Below are positions 1 through 10,428 of a stretch of DNA of 64,000 nt, piece by piece. The translations under genes were made by a program, and so were the position numbers. This DNA comes from Laetmonice hystrix (taxonomy: Eukaryota), in assembly GCA_965235115.1 (NCBI GenBank), contig OZ249436.1:49912001-49976000 (forward strand), written 5' to 3'. The stretch's first letter is position 1, and each line of letters starts with the position of its first letter. Under the pieces are notes generated by a model. The model made no database searches. It was given only the letters and a program-made list of their open reading frames with translations, and was not told the origin of the DNA.

Positions 1-661
1 CGAAAGTCTTCACGGAGCATGCTGGCTATTAAGTTGCTGCATGAAGCAATTATTCTTTTGTTAGAAGTAATGAGTCAATTAACATCGTGAGGATCATTTT
101 TTGAGGGTGCCTATCCGAGGATTGTAGTTCCGGTTTGGTCGACTCTGTGTGATGGATGAACGTGCAAGCACGCGAGACGCACGGAGAACGCGGGCGTTTT
201 GACCGATTGCCTCCGCCTTGCCTATATTATCGCCATGTGCGGGCAGAAAATAATTACGTATGTATTCCTATTAGAGCAGACAAAATGCTTTAATGCCCAT
301 TGTGCCATCCGGCAAGACCTGCTTCATGGCACGGCCTGAGTCTCTAGGATTCCCATCGGCAATTGGTTTATTAATGATGGAAATGTTTCTGATTATGCAT
401 GGCATCGCCTGACGCCCATCAGTATATTATACAAACGTCTTTTGTGCTCTGCATATGAAAGGTGTGATATGTTCTACAGGATGTGTTGGTGGGTGGAAGA
501 AGTAGGTACGACATGTTGAAATGAAGGGGACACCTTGAACTGAAAGATCCTTCAGGGTCAGAGGTCATACATTATGCAGTGTCTAGCTAGGTGCAGACGC
601 AATGAATCATTGCATACCCTTGTGTCAACTTTGCATGTTTTTGTTAGCATAGTCTGGACTA

Positions 662-1038
662 CAGAGTGAGTAAAAAAAAACTAGACACTTTTTAAAAGGC
701 CCATTGTTTTATTGTGTACCAATATATACAATATATGTTTGCTTGTACTTATGCAGCAACTCTTCCTGCATCTTTTGGTATCAGTCATGGTTGATTGGGT
801 TTCATGCATGACCGCACAGGAGACAATTAAGGGACAAGGGTGGAATCTGACCTGCGCCACCCTTGTCCCTTAATTGTCTCATGTGCGGTCACGGATGAAA
901 ACCAAACAAGCATGACTGCCACCAGAAGATGCAGGAAGAGTTGCTGCATAAACACAAGCAAAAATATATTGTATATATTGGTACACAATAAAACAATGGG
1001 CCTTTTACAAAGTGTCTAGTTTTTTTTTACTCACTCTG
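662..1038. mobile_element. Foldback MITE with TA TSD (Tc1/mariner-type), internally deleted copy
   Basis: TA|CAGAGTGAGTAAAA...TTTTACTCACTCTG|TA. The two halves are near-perfect reverse complements (~180 bp arms). Same family as 15263-15853. Confidence 0.9.
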
Positions 1039-1101
1039 TATAGGACGTCTGAAGGCAAATATGTTCATGTATTCGTCGCCAAAAAATATATAATAAATCT
1101 G

Positions 1102-1102
<1 letters not shown>

Positions 1103-1144
<42 letters not shown>
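1103..1144. repeat. (AAAT)n microsatellite
   Basis: About 10 tandem AAAT/TAAA units read directly. Confidence 0.95.
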
Positions 1145-3218
1145 GTTTTCAACATGCACTTTCAACACCAAAAATCTGACATGACTTGTCTTCGAAGACA
1201 TGAGTGTTGGTATGCCATCCAGAACTTTTGGACACACATAACGGGACAATGATACTCTCGGCTTAACGTTAGTTTTCGCAGTGATGATTCGTCATCACAC
1301 AATGTAGGAGTTTACAAGCGGAGAATCCGGTTCAGTTATTGAAGGTTTAAGTTTTTGGTACAAATTTCAGCATGGTTTGATTGAAGAGGGAAGTTATCAC
1401 CTGAAAATGTTGTCAGAGGGAAGCGATGGTGTGGGGTGTCTGTGTGGGGGTTGTTCTTATATTGAGTAACGAACTCAATCAGGACAAGCCCAGTTAGTGG
1501 CAGGGGGAGGGGGTGCATTGCGTATGTCTTAATCACACCCAGTCCACAATTACAACTGTGTATTTAAGTGCCGTTTACGGGGACGGCCGTAAAGTGTTAG
1601 AATCGCCTTGCCTGACCTGAATATCGCCTGGCGATACCGGTACAGCTGAAGACATCTTTAAACAATAAACTACAAGAAAATGTAATAATGGAAAATATCG
1701 AACACCCGTTGACGTTGTGTTGACACACGCAAACGCGAAGAGCAGAATCGCACACCATGCAGCACATTCATATGCATCCCCGCCCCATGGACGTGCATGT
1801 GCATGTCGGAGTTTTGGAGGTTGTACTGAAAGGTCGTTTATGCGGCACGACATGACCTCCCCCCCCCCTCCGCGACCTTGGTGTCAAAAACTCCTATATC
1901 AGCAGTTGGACTGCTTTTATGATGGTCTCGGTATACCAAGCTATAGTTAGGACAATTAACCGGCTCTAGGATAATTAACATCAAAGTTGTTTATTACTGA
2001 TTGGGTACCTCCTGTTCTGTCCATTGCGGCCCTTGGCCTTCTGATCAGACCGATACGCTGTTGGGGACTTATACAGCTATAATAAGTTGTAGTTATTTCC
2101 ACGTTGAACGCGAATATAATATTAAAGCAACCCACGACTATCTCAAAGTAACAAAATCACCCTTATTTGGACAAAGGCACCCTGTAGGATTCACTTGTGT
2201 AAGGCATACCAACACTAAGTCAAATCAAAAGTTGCCATAATTATGCCAACTTATTCAGCTACCTGGATCACCGCTCATGTCTCCTCAGTCCAGACTTTGT
2301 TTACATCGCCATTTTCTACCAGTTTGAAATTATCGCTGACTTCTACATCATCGGTCACGTGATGGGGATTCCTTGGTGGGTCATCGCCATTGGCTGTTCA
2401 AGTCAATGACAGGTCAACTATTTTGTCAACAACCGGCCATAAGACGATCGCTTCATAGCCACAACAGGCAACTGGAATGTTGAATTGTATGAGCTTTCTT
2501 TATTTCTGTGGGTATACATTTATTGATTTATGTAGTCCTTATCTATAACCCCATGTCTGCATTTTGGGTGCTTGAAATACGAGATAGTCGTGGGTTGTTT
2601 TAATACAATAATACTGAATCAATGAAGTTGTTGGGAACTTTAAAGGAACCGTAGGGATGATCACATTCTCTGATGGTCCTACTTGTCATAACTTGGCTTA
2701 ATAATTCATGACGCACCTGTGAGGTCAGATGCACAATTAATGCTAATGGAATACAGATGTAACGAGGAAAAACAAGCCCCAGCGGCGGCGACGACACAGG
2801 CCTGGGTGTGTATATAATACCATTCTAAGATGCCTTTATTGCATTCATTATTGACTCACTCGGATAGACCACCTACGTGACTAAATTGACGTATATAGCC
2901 CCCGTTGCACAATAAGTATCATGGTGGTGAGGGTATCTCATACTACCCTCACAGCCCTCCTTACATTGCACAAAAGCCTTTTCCCATGAGACCCTCATAG
3001 TAAAAAGCTATGAGAGTCTCACAGATCGGGAAAAACCTATGATCCTACCCTTTGGGATCACAGGCTGTGAGAGTATGCTGTCATGGAACAACCCTCATGA
3101 TTTTCGTCGTTTTCGGGTGAGAGTCTCACAGAAAACGGGTAAAAAATGCAGGTACAAAAAAGAAACACTGGATAACACCCCATTACAACAGACCGGGCAA
3201 CGTGTTTTGTTGCTTAAA

Positions 3219-4770
3219 ATGGCGGCTGTAAGGCGCAAACGAGAGTTTTTTCCGAGGATAAATCCACTTATTCGTTATAATCAGAGAAAATTTCGGAGAA
3301 GATACAGGCTATCGAAGGATTTAGTAAGAAGACTGGCACGCGATTTTGGCGGTTCTCAGTTTGCTACGAAAGGGTCCAGAAAGGCAGGCGGCCTCTCTCA
3401 TGAGGAGCGTGTAAGTGTGTGATATTTTCACGAGTGAATCTCATTTCCGTATAATTTTTGAGCGAATTTGACACAATGGTAATGTTAAGTGACTTTGATA
3501 TACGAGTTACTTTTCGTAAAATATCTATGCTTCAACGGGAGGAATAGTATTTATCATACATAAATTACCCCACCTCCTTACGGGTGATACGTAAACAGCT
3601 GCCAGAGTCGAGATTTCTTCATGCTTTCTTCATGGATCTGTGATAATGTAATTTGTGATCTTTTTGAGATTTTGTTTTTGATGCTTCCATCAGATATATC
3701 AGATTTCCTCGCGGGTATCAGAGGGCCAAGATAGCTAGAGTTTTTTTTGCAAAGAATCGGTTCCCCCGCACCATAGGATGCATTTATAGCACGCTAATTT
3801 CCATTCGCTGCCCATCGCGAGACATACCTATGTCGGAAGCAGTACCACGCCATGAATGCGATGGCAAGTTAAAAAAATAAAATTTCCACAAAACAGAAAT
3901 TGCATTCTTCTAAATATTTTTCCCGAATAATTCAGTTCTGAATTTTACCCCCAAATGATTTCCACTTGCTCCTCTACAGGCTGGATGTGGACCAGACCTT
4001 CGCTTCCTTTTCATCTCCTCCTACATGCCAGGCTCTTCACACGACCAGTGGGTTTTTGAGGAGTCTGCCTGCGGTCAGGTTGCCATGAGAGATGGGTTTG
4101 GGCCATATGTCCTTCTAGGTGATTCCGGGTAATTATTTTCTAAGTCATGACAAACTTTAACTTTAAAGTTCATTGATATTAGCCAGCTTGCAGTTCAAAA
4201 ATATGCTTATTAAGCATGACCGGTATTACAGATATGGTCTACGGGATTATCTCTTGACACCAATTGCTCATCCAGTCACCCAGGCTGAACACCGGTATAA
4301 TCGTGCATTTATCTCGACGCGGACGACAGTAGAGAGAGCTTTTGGTGTACTGAAACAGAGGTTCAGATAAACTCCATGGATTGTTAGCATTTAAAGTCGT
4401 CTAGTCTGGAAGACTTAAACCAAGTATTTACTTGGTAAATACTACATAAACATATTTCAGGTTTAAAATTGCATTTAAAACTAACCTTCTCTTTTTAAAA
4501 TATATTTATTTTTTCAGAGTCTTAGACAAGTCATCAGGCTATTTAATGGTCAGTCCACAAAAGGCCTCTCTCATTATCATTGCTTGCTGCACACTTCACA
4601 GTCTAGCGATCCAGGAGGGCCAGGAGTTGGACGTGGATGAGCACTTCGTGCGAGATGTTATGGCACATGAGGCTGCAAACGGTAATGACAGGGTGCAAGA
4701 TAGGCGAGGCCAGCCCTACCAACGTGGCTTAGTGAAGAGGAACGAGTTCGTGGAGCGATACTTTTCTTAA
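3219..4770 (+). pseudogene. Harbinger (HARBI1-like DDE) transposase pseudogene
   Basis: Exons 3219-3410, 3694-3863, 3980-4128, 4232-4366, 4518-4770 give family motifs FRRRYRLSK, YIRFP, FPRTIGCIYST (normally IDGT), CRKQYHAMN, PGSSHD, LLGDSGY, YNRA, VERAFGVLKQRFR, IIIACCTLH. Lesions: first catalytic Asp is Tyr (TAT 3785-3787), frameshift near 3822, donor at 4367 reads AT, phase mismatch between exons 1 and 2. Confidence 0.9.
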
Positions 4771-5300
4771 ATCTATACAAATCAAGTATATATACTTGTA
4801 CATAATGACCAGTTGGTATTTATTGTACATCATATTTGTACATTTATGTTTTGATCGAACCAGCTGACTAGCTGCCGCTGGAGTGTAAATAAAAGCATGC
4901 CATATAAAAAGGACAATGCATAAAGGAACATAGCACAGACTAATAAAAAAATTAACTCGACGTCTATCGGGAAATTCGTGCCTTGTTGTTGCTTCTATTC
5001 CAGAATGATCGTGTGGTAATGTTTTCTTTTGCTAACCCCACAGTGGATACAATACTGTTCTTTGGGATACAGCATAAACTAAGAGAAGCAATAAAATGGA
5101 AGTTCTCAATATATCTGCTTCCGTTGTCCTTTTTCGCAAGGACACATATCAACAGGCAAAATTATTACTTCTAGCAAAAAGTACTTAAAAACGTACAAAA
5201 CCTGTTCAAACTTTGACATAAATATATCAAAACAAAATGATAGAAAATTGTGATGTAGACTCGTGTAGGAAGAGCATAAACTGACTGATCTGGATAAAAA

Positions 5301-6248
5301 TTAGCATCTCTTGCCCTTCCGTCCCCTAGTTGATTTCTTGACATGCTTGACAGGAGTTACAAGGTTGACTCTCGCAGGCTGCTCTTCAGTCGGGAGAGTT
5401 CCCTTCATTTTTTTTATCTGGGGGTTTGGCAATTCCAATGTCGAATTGGGTCCGGGGGTGGAATTGGAAGATTTCCTTGGGGTGCTTGCCTTCCTAGTCA
5501 CAGTCTTATTGACCGTTGTTTCCGAGGAAGACTTGGGAACAACAGCTTTTCTGGGTGTAGTTGACTTCTTAGGGGTGGGGGTGTTATTTCTCTTCCCATC
5601 GTTAAACTCAGGTAAGCTTTCATCCGCTTCCATACGCTCAAGCTCATTGGTTTTTCTGTCATCAGTCCTGGAGTAGGAGCAGGAGGAGGAGGACTTGGAA
5701 GAATCTTTCCGAGTGGATGACTCTTTCCCAACCAAGAATGGATGGATAGCTGGAACAACCAAACAAAAGCAATAAGACAAGCAGACCGGGCCCTGAGTAC
5801 AAAAGACAAATCGAGGGGGGAGGGTCCATTGGCATTGTAAAAAACGGGCCACTTTTGGTTGTAAAAATATGGCATTTTGCTTATAAAAAGGCGAATTTGG
5901 GAAATTTGCGAGGGCCCGGACGTCGCCGACCCCCCCCCCCCGGGATCCGCCACTGCATTATCACAATAAGTCTAGGCCTAGGCCTACTCCTTAGGCTTAA
6001 ACGACCCCCATCCAACTTCTACTAGGCAAATGCCAAACAACATGGTTCTGCATGTGAACTCTGCGGGGCAAAAAAGCAACCACCTGACCTAAATAAACTT
6101 ATGACATGCACAAAGGCCCAATCTTCTACAACCTTGACTACGTGGGGCACAATTTCTAATTGTAGTGAATTACCACTGATTCGTAATATAATGGCAATCT
6201 GCAAATAACAACTCTTACCTGTGGTGTATTCTGCTCTGAGTCCGCCAT
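5301..6248 (-). pseudogene. Remnant of the Harbinger second (accessory DNA-binding) gene
   Basis: First exon AAGATGGCGGAC = MADSEQNTPQ (6248-6219) with GTAAGA donor. Last exon 5749-5301 is a Lys/Ser/Thr/Pro-rich ORF ending RGRKGKRC*. Convergent with the transposase inside the TIRs. No Myb/SANT domain exon was recognisable. Confidence 0.55.
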
Positions 6249-8096
6249 CTTCACTCCCTCTTTCCGGTGTGAAACTATTGACCTCATTAGTGGCAGCACC
6301 AGTCTTCCTCTATGTCCCCCGGGTAATATTCGCCGAAACGACAAAGTTTCCCGCCGTGAACGGTGAAGGTATGAGGTATGTATGAGACCCTCACAGACAG
6401 TGATACCCTGATGAGGATTGGGTCTGTGAGGGTGATTGTGCAATGGAAACTCTCACCATTCCTCACAGCCGTGAGAGTCTCATAACATATTGTTTTATGA
6501 GCGCTCATACCTCGCGATAGTATGAGCCCTCATGGCTTTTATTGTGCAACGACCCCATAGTATGCGTTCCTTTATTTCCTGTATATTTACTATATTTACT
6601 AATGCAGTAGTAAAAAGTCGCGGTGTTCGTCCGCAGATATGCTTCCAAAGAAGTAAAGCCCCTTTCCCGAAGAAGTAAGGTGACCTACTGAGGAGTAGGT
6701 TTTTGTAGTTGTACATTGCAACTTTAATAAAGTTGGTTTATTGGGGAACAGAGTATGAGGCTGTGGTTAGTATCCTGGCGATACTCGCTGATATGTCAAA
6801 GCGTCCCAGAGCCTGATTTTGTTTGTGTGGTCAAAGCCGGGATTTATCTATTAGACTGACGAGCCATTGATCTAGGCGTCGTATCGTTCACCTTGTACAG
6901 GCCAATCCCGTCATCATGGTCATGTCGTTGCTCTCACTGGTAGATCTGTACAGTCGGAAGATAGCAGTGCTCTGCTCACTTTAAAAGGTAAGATTGGAGT
7001 GAACCAAGCGAACACAACAGCACAGAAAGTCCTCTCTGTCAACCCCCTTCTTGTATACCCATCATTGTTGATCTCGGTTACTTCAAGTCGAGTGAACGTG
7101 TTGCGAAATAGGGCGTATCACCAGCCCGTCGTGTCGATCGGGGGGGGGGGGGGGGGTCACAACCAGAAATCGGTCATAAGGAACGAAGCTAGGCCAAAAA
7201 TTGCAACTTTGGCATCGGATATCCCTCTAAAAGTCAGTCAGCTGTGGATATAGCTGTCCCGAATAGGGGTTGCTCTTTATTAGAGGTCGCGGGTGGAGCG
7301 GTGAATCCTGGGAATGAATGGCTAGGTTGGGATCAGTGGCCCGGATGTAGCCTAGACAACAACAAACTCACGTGGTGCCGCCATGCGGAAAATGGCGACC
7401 CCACTATAATTATAGCCTGTGGCGGACTTTACAGGTGAAGAAAAGACGTGTTTTGGCTACATGTGTTGAGACATTAGAGTAAGAACTATGGGCCTGTGCG
7501 TAGGGGGAAATTCGACTATTTATTAGGCCTCCCGATCATATATTCATGCGCGACCGCTTCACAAGACTTTACGGATATCTTGGTGAAATGGCGGTGGCAT
7601 ACATCCGCAATCTCCCATAATGCAGAGGGGCTGGCTCCACTACCCCTCTGCCACACCTGACTTTTTATGGGCAGCATTGGGCCCCTACGCGTTCAACCCC
7701 GTTTTTGCAAAGTCTGTCGTCTTGTATGGTATCTGTAAAATTTAACGTAGGCCTACCTCTAAACCTCAAAGCTGAGATTAGGCCTATAGGCCTACCAAGT
7801 GGCATTCATCGTACAAGAGAAATACCTAATGAAATATTAGGAACTACATTTGCAGAGGAAAATCAGCTATAGTCGCAAGTCTGTTGGGCAATTTCGGGAT
7901 GATTCGAAATACTTCGGGTGTTTCCGAATAGGTAGGCCTACTTCCGTTCAACATAGTGGCTGCAGATGATTTCTCCGAAGATTTAGATGATTGTGTGGCC
8001 TCACATTCTGACAGTCTGCGCCATAAAAGTAAACAACAAAAGTGCCTCAGCAAAATCGAGCAGCTACGATTCGAGCTCGGCAATGTTTGGCTGTTC

Positions 8097-8523
8097 CAGT
8101 CCAGATCCAGGATTTTGGAAAGGGGGGGGGGGGCGGTTGAAAAAGGGGGCGGAGCCCTGCTAGGGGGTTCCGGGGGCATGGCCCCGGACAATTTTGAACA
8201 TCTAGCAGGGCCGTAGCCTGGCCGAAATGCGTGGGGGGCAGTAGGCCTGCCAAGTGATAGCGCGTCATTGCGCCGGTCGAGCTGGCCCGGTGTGTTGGTT
8301 AAAAAAACACAAAAAGCTGGAAATCCCAGGGGGGGGGCAGCTGCCCCCCTGCCCCCCGCAGCCTACGGCCCTGTCTAGAGTATCAAATGGCATTTCCTGC
8401 ATTCTGAGAAAGCAAAATGTTTGCTTTTGACAGTTGCGAACAACAAAATTTTGCCTTTTTTCTGATTGGTACCCTGACGAAAGGGGGGGGGGCGGCCCTC
8501 TCGCCCCCCTAAATCCGCCCCTG
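8097..8523. mobile_element. Non-autonomous DNA element (CAG...CTG termini) hosting a nested MITE
   Basis: Starts CAGTCCAGATCCAGG, ends CTAAATCCGCCCCTG (imperfect TIR), with G/C runs inside. TSD is degenerate. Confidence 0.55.
8206..8373. mobile_element. MITE with 5-bp TSD (hAT5-like), nested
   Basis: TCTAG|CAGGGCCGTAG...CTACGGCCCTG|TCTAG: perfect 11-bp TIR and 5-bp TSD. Confidence 0.85.
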
Positions 8524-9769
8524 ATTTCTATGTCAGGTCAGAAGTCACTCAAGCAGCAGTACCCAGGGTGTGGCAGAGACTGAATGAAGTGAACGATTTC
8601 TGTCCGGAGAGTGATACATCCGAGGCGTGTTTCGATGTGACCTAGAAATAACCAATCAGAAACAGCCTCGGTCGTTCCGAGTAGTCCTTACTGCTATATC
8701 CGTAGTGTATGTAGGCTGTCACAACTGATTATGGAAACTTTGGTGAATATTTGTTCCTTTTTTAGCAAAGAATCGCTGAATAAAAGAGCACACGTCGGCT
8801 CAGGCGCCCTAGGTGTTATCGTAACGCCGTGCCGTAATATTGTGATTTACAGAATACTCTATTCGTGCTCAGCTTCAAACAGTACACGTCATGATTGGAA
8901 TGTACAGTATGAAAGTGTAACTGAAAGCTCGCGCAGAGAATGGCCATCATTGGCGTAGGATTTATTGGCTTAGATTGGCAGTCAGATTGCCTCGCACATG
9001 TAGAGCCCGTTGTTTTGTCTCTGTGCTGTGCACCGCCGGAGGAAAACGAACCCCTTTGTCTCAAATTACTATTGAGTTTGATCTGGAGTGATTGCCTGGC
9101 TAACATGAATAGGGCATATACTCCCCGCCCTCAGGCCGTTTTATCAGTTTTGTAAATTAGCACATTTGTAGCGATAAATACGGCACTTCGGCAGCACTCC
9201 GTAATCGCTTAGTATTTTCCATATATAGGGGGAAACAGGCCTTGCTCCCTTGTGGCTGTAGGCTGCATGCCAACCCAATAAGTGGAAATGGCCGGGTGAT
9301 GGTAGGTCCATGGGGGGATGACTTTATATAGGCCCTATATTATATAATCCAGAACTGTCGGTCGTTGCTGTGGGGACCAGGGAGACAATAGGTCTCTGGT
9401 TAGTCTAACCATGTTGTCGCATAATGCCGATACGGTGTAAAAACCACCATTAACTATTCGCTCACTCACTCATTCACTCATCAGGACTCACCAACTCATC
9501 CACTGTTCTGTAAGACGCGGTTGTAACAAAATTCGTTATTTTACTTTATAGGCCCGCGCCCCATAAACATACGCCTACACGTACACGAAAACGCAGAACT
9601 TTAAAAAAGAGAGCAAAACTCAGGTTAAGTATGGTGGTCCGCAGGGTCTGTGTACAGTGTGACTGGGTGGTGGTGGTGGTGGTGGTGGCGGTGGAGGGGG
9701 TAAGAAGCAAAAACATCATTGTTTTTGTTTGTCTTATAGGAATATTGCGCAGCGCTAGTTTTTGGTTCA

Positions 9770-10420
9770 GGTTTTGTTGACCTGACAGCCCGGGTTATTT
9801 TTTTCTGAGACCCATTGATTTGTTTTGTTGGTCCATCAGTGGACCCATTGTTCAGCTGTAGTTTCTATTTTTTGTTGACCTGACAGCCCGGGTTATTTTT
9901 TCTGAGACCCATTGATTTGTTTTGTTGGTCCACCAGTGGACCCATTGCTCAGCTGTAGTTTCTATTTTTTGTTGACCTGACAGCCCGGGTTATTTTTTCT
10001 GAGACCCATTGATTTGTTTTGTTGGTCCACCAGTGGACCCATTGCTCAGCTGTAGTTTCTATTTTTTGTTGACCTGACAGCCCGGGTTATTTTTTCTGAG
10101 ACCCATTGATTTGTTTTGTTGGTCCACCAGTGGACCCATTGCTCAGCTGTAGTTTTTGTTGTTGTTGACCTGATAGCAGATCCGGGTTATTTTTCTGAGA
10201 CCCATTGATTTGTTTTGTTGGTCCACCAGTGGACCCATTGCTCAGCTGCAGTTTCTATTTTTTGTTGACCTGACAGCACATCCGGGTTATTTTTTCTGAG
10301 GCCCATTGATTTGTTTTGTTGGTCCACCAGTAGACCCAGTGATTTGTTTTGTTGGTTCACCAGTGGACCCATTGCTTAGCCGTTGTTGATTTTTGTTGCT
10401 GAGCCGTAGTTTTTGTTGTC
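9770..10420. repeat. Tandem repeat, 97-100-bp unit, ~6.5 copies
   Basis: The CCTGA(C/T)AGC motif recurs at 9781, 9879, 9976, 10073, 10169 and 10269. Confidence 0.92.
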
Positions 10421-10428
10421 ATCCTCAG

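Larger units (their letters stand above)
2898..6556 (+). mobile_element. PIF/Harbinger DNA transposon, decayed formerly autonomous copy
   Basis: Termini GCCCCCGTTGCACAATAA / TTATTGTGCAACGACCCC, flanked by a 3-bp duplication (ATA at 2895-2897 and 6557-6559). Subterminal CTCACAG/CCCTCA/GAGAGTCTCA motifs repeat at both ends. Contains a transposase and a convergent second gene. Confidence 0.88.

Noticed and set aside
6405..6455. CTGATGA...GAAAC hammerhead-like core
   Set aside because: Stem II and the flanking helices do not pair. The sequence is part of the Harbinger subterminal repeats.
9237..9481. SINE ending in an (ACTC)n tail
   Set aside because: The tail is suggestive, but I could not identify A/B boxes, a TSD or a second copy in the window.
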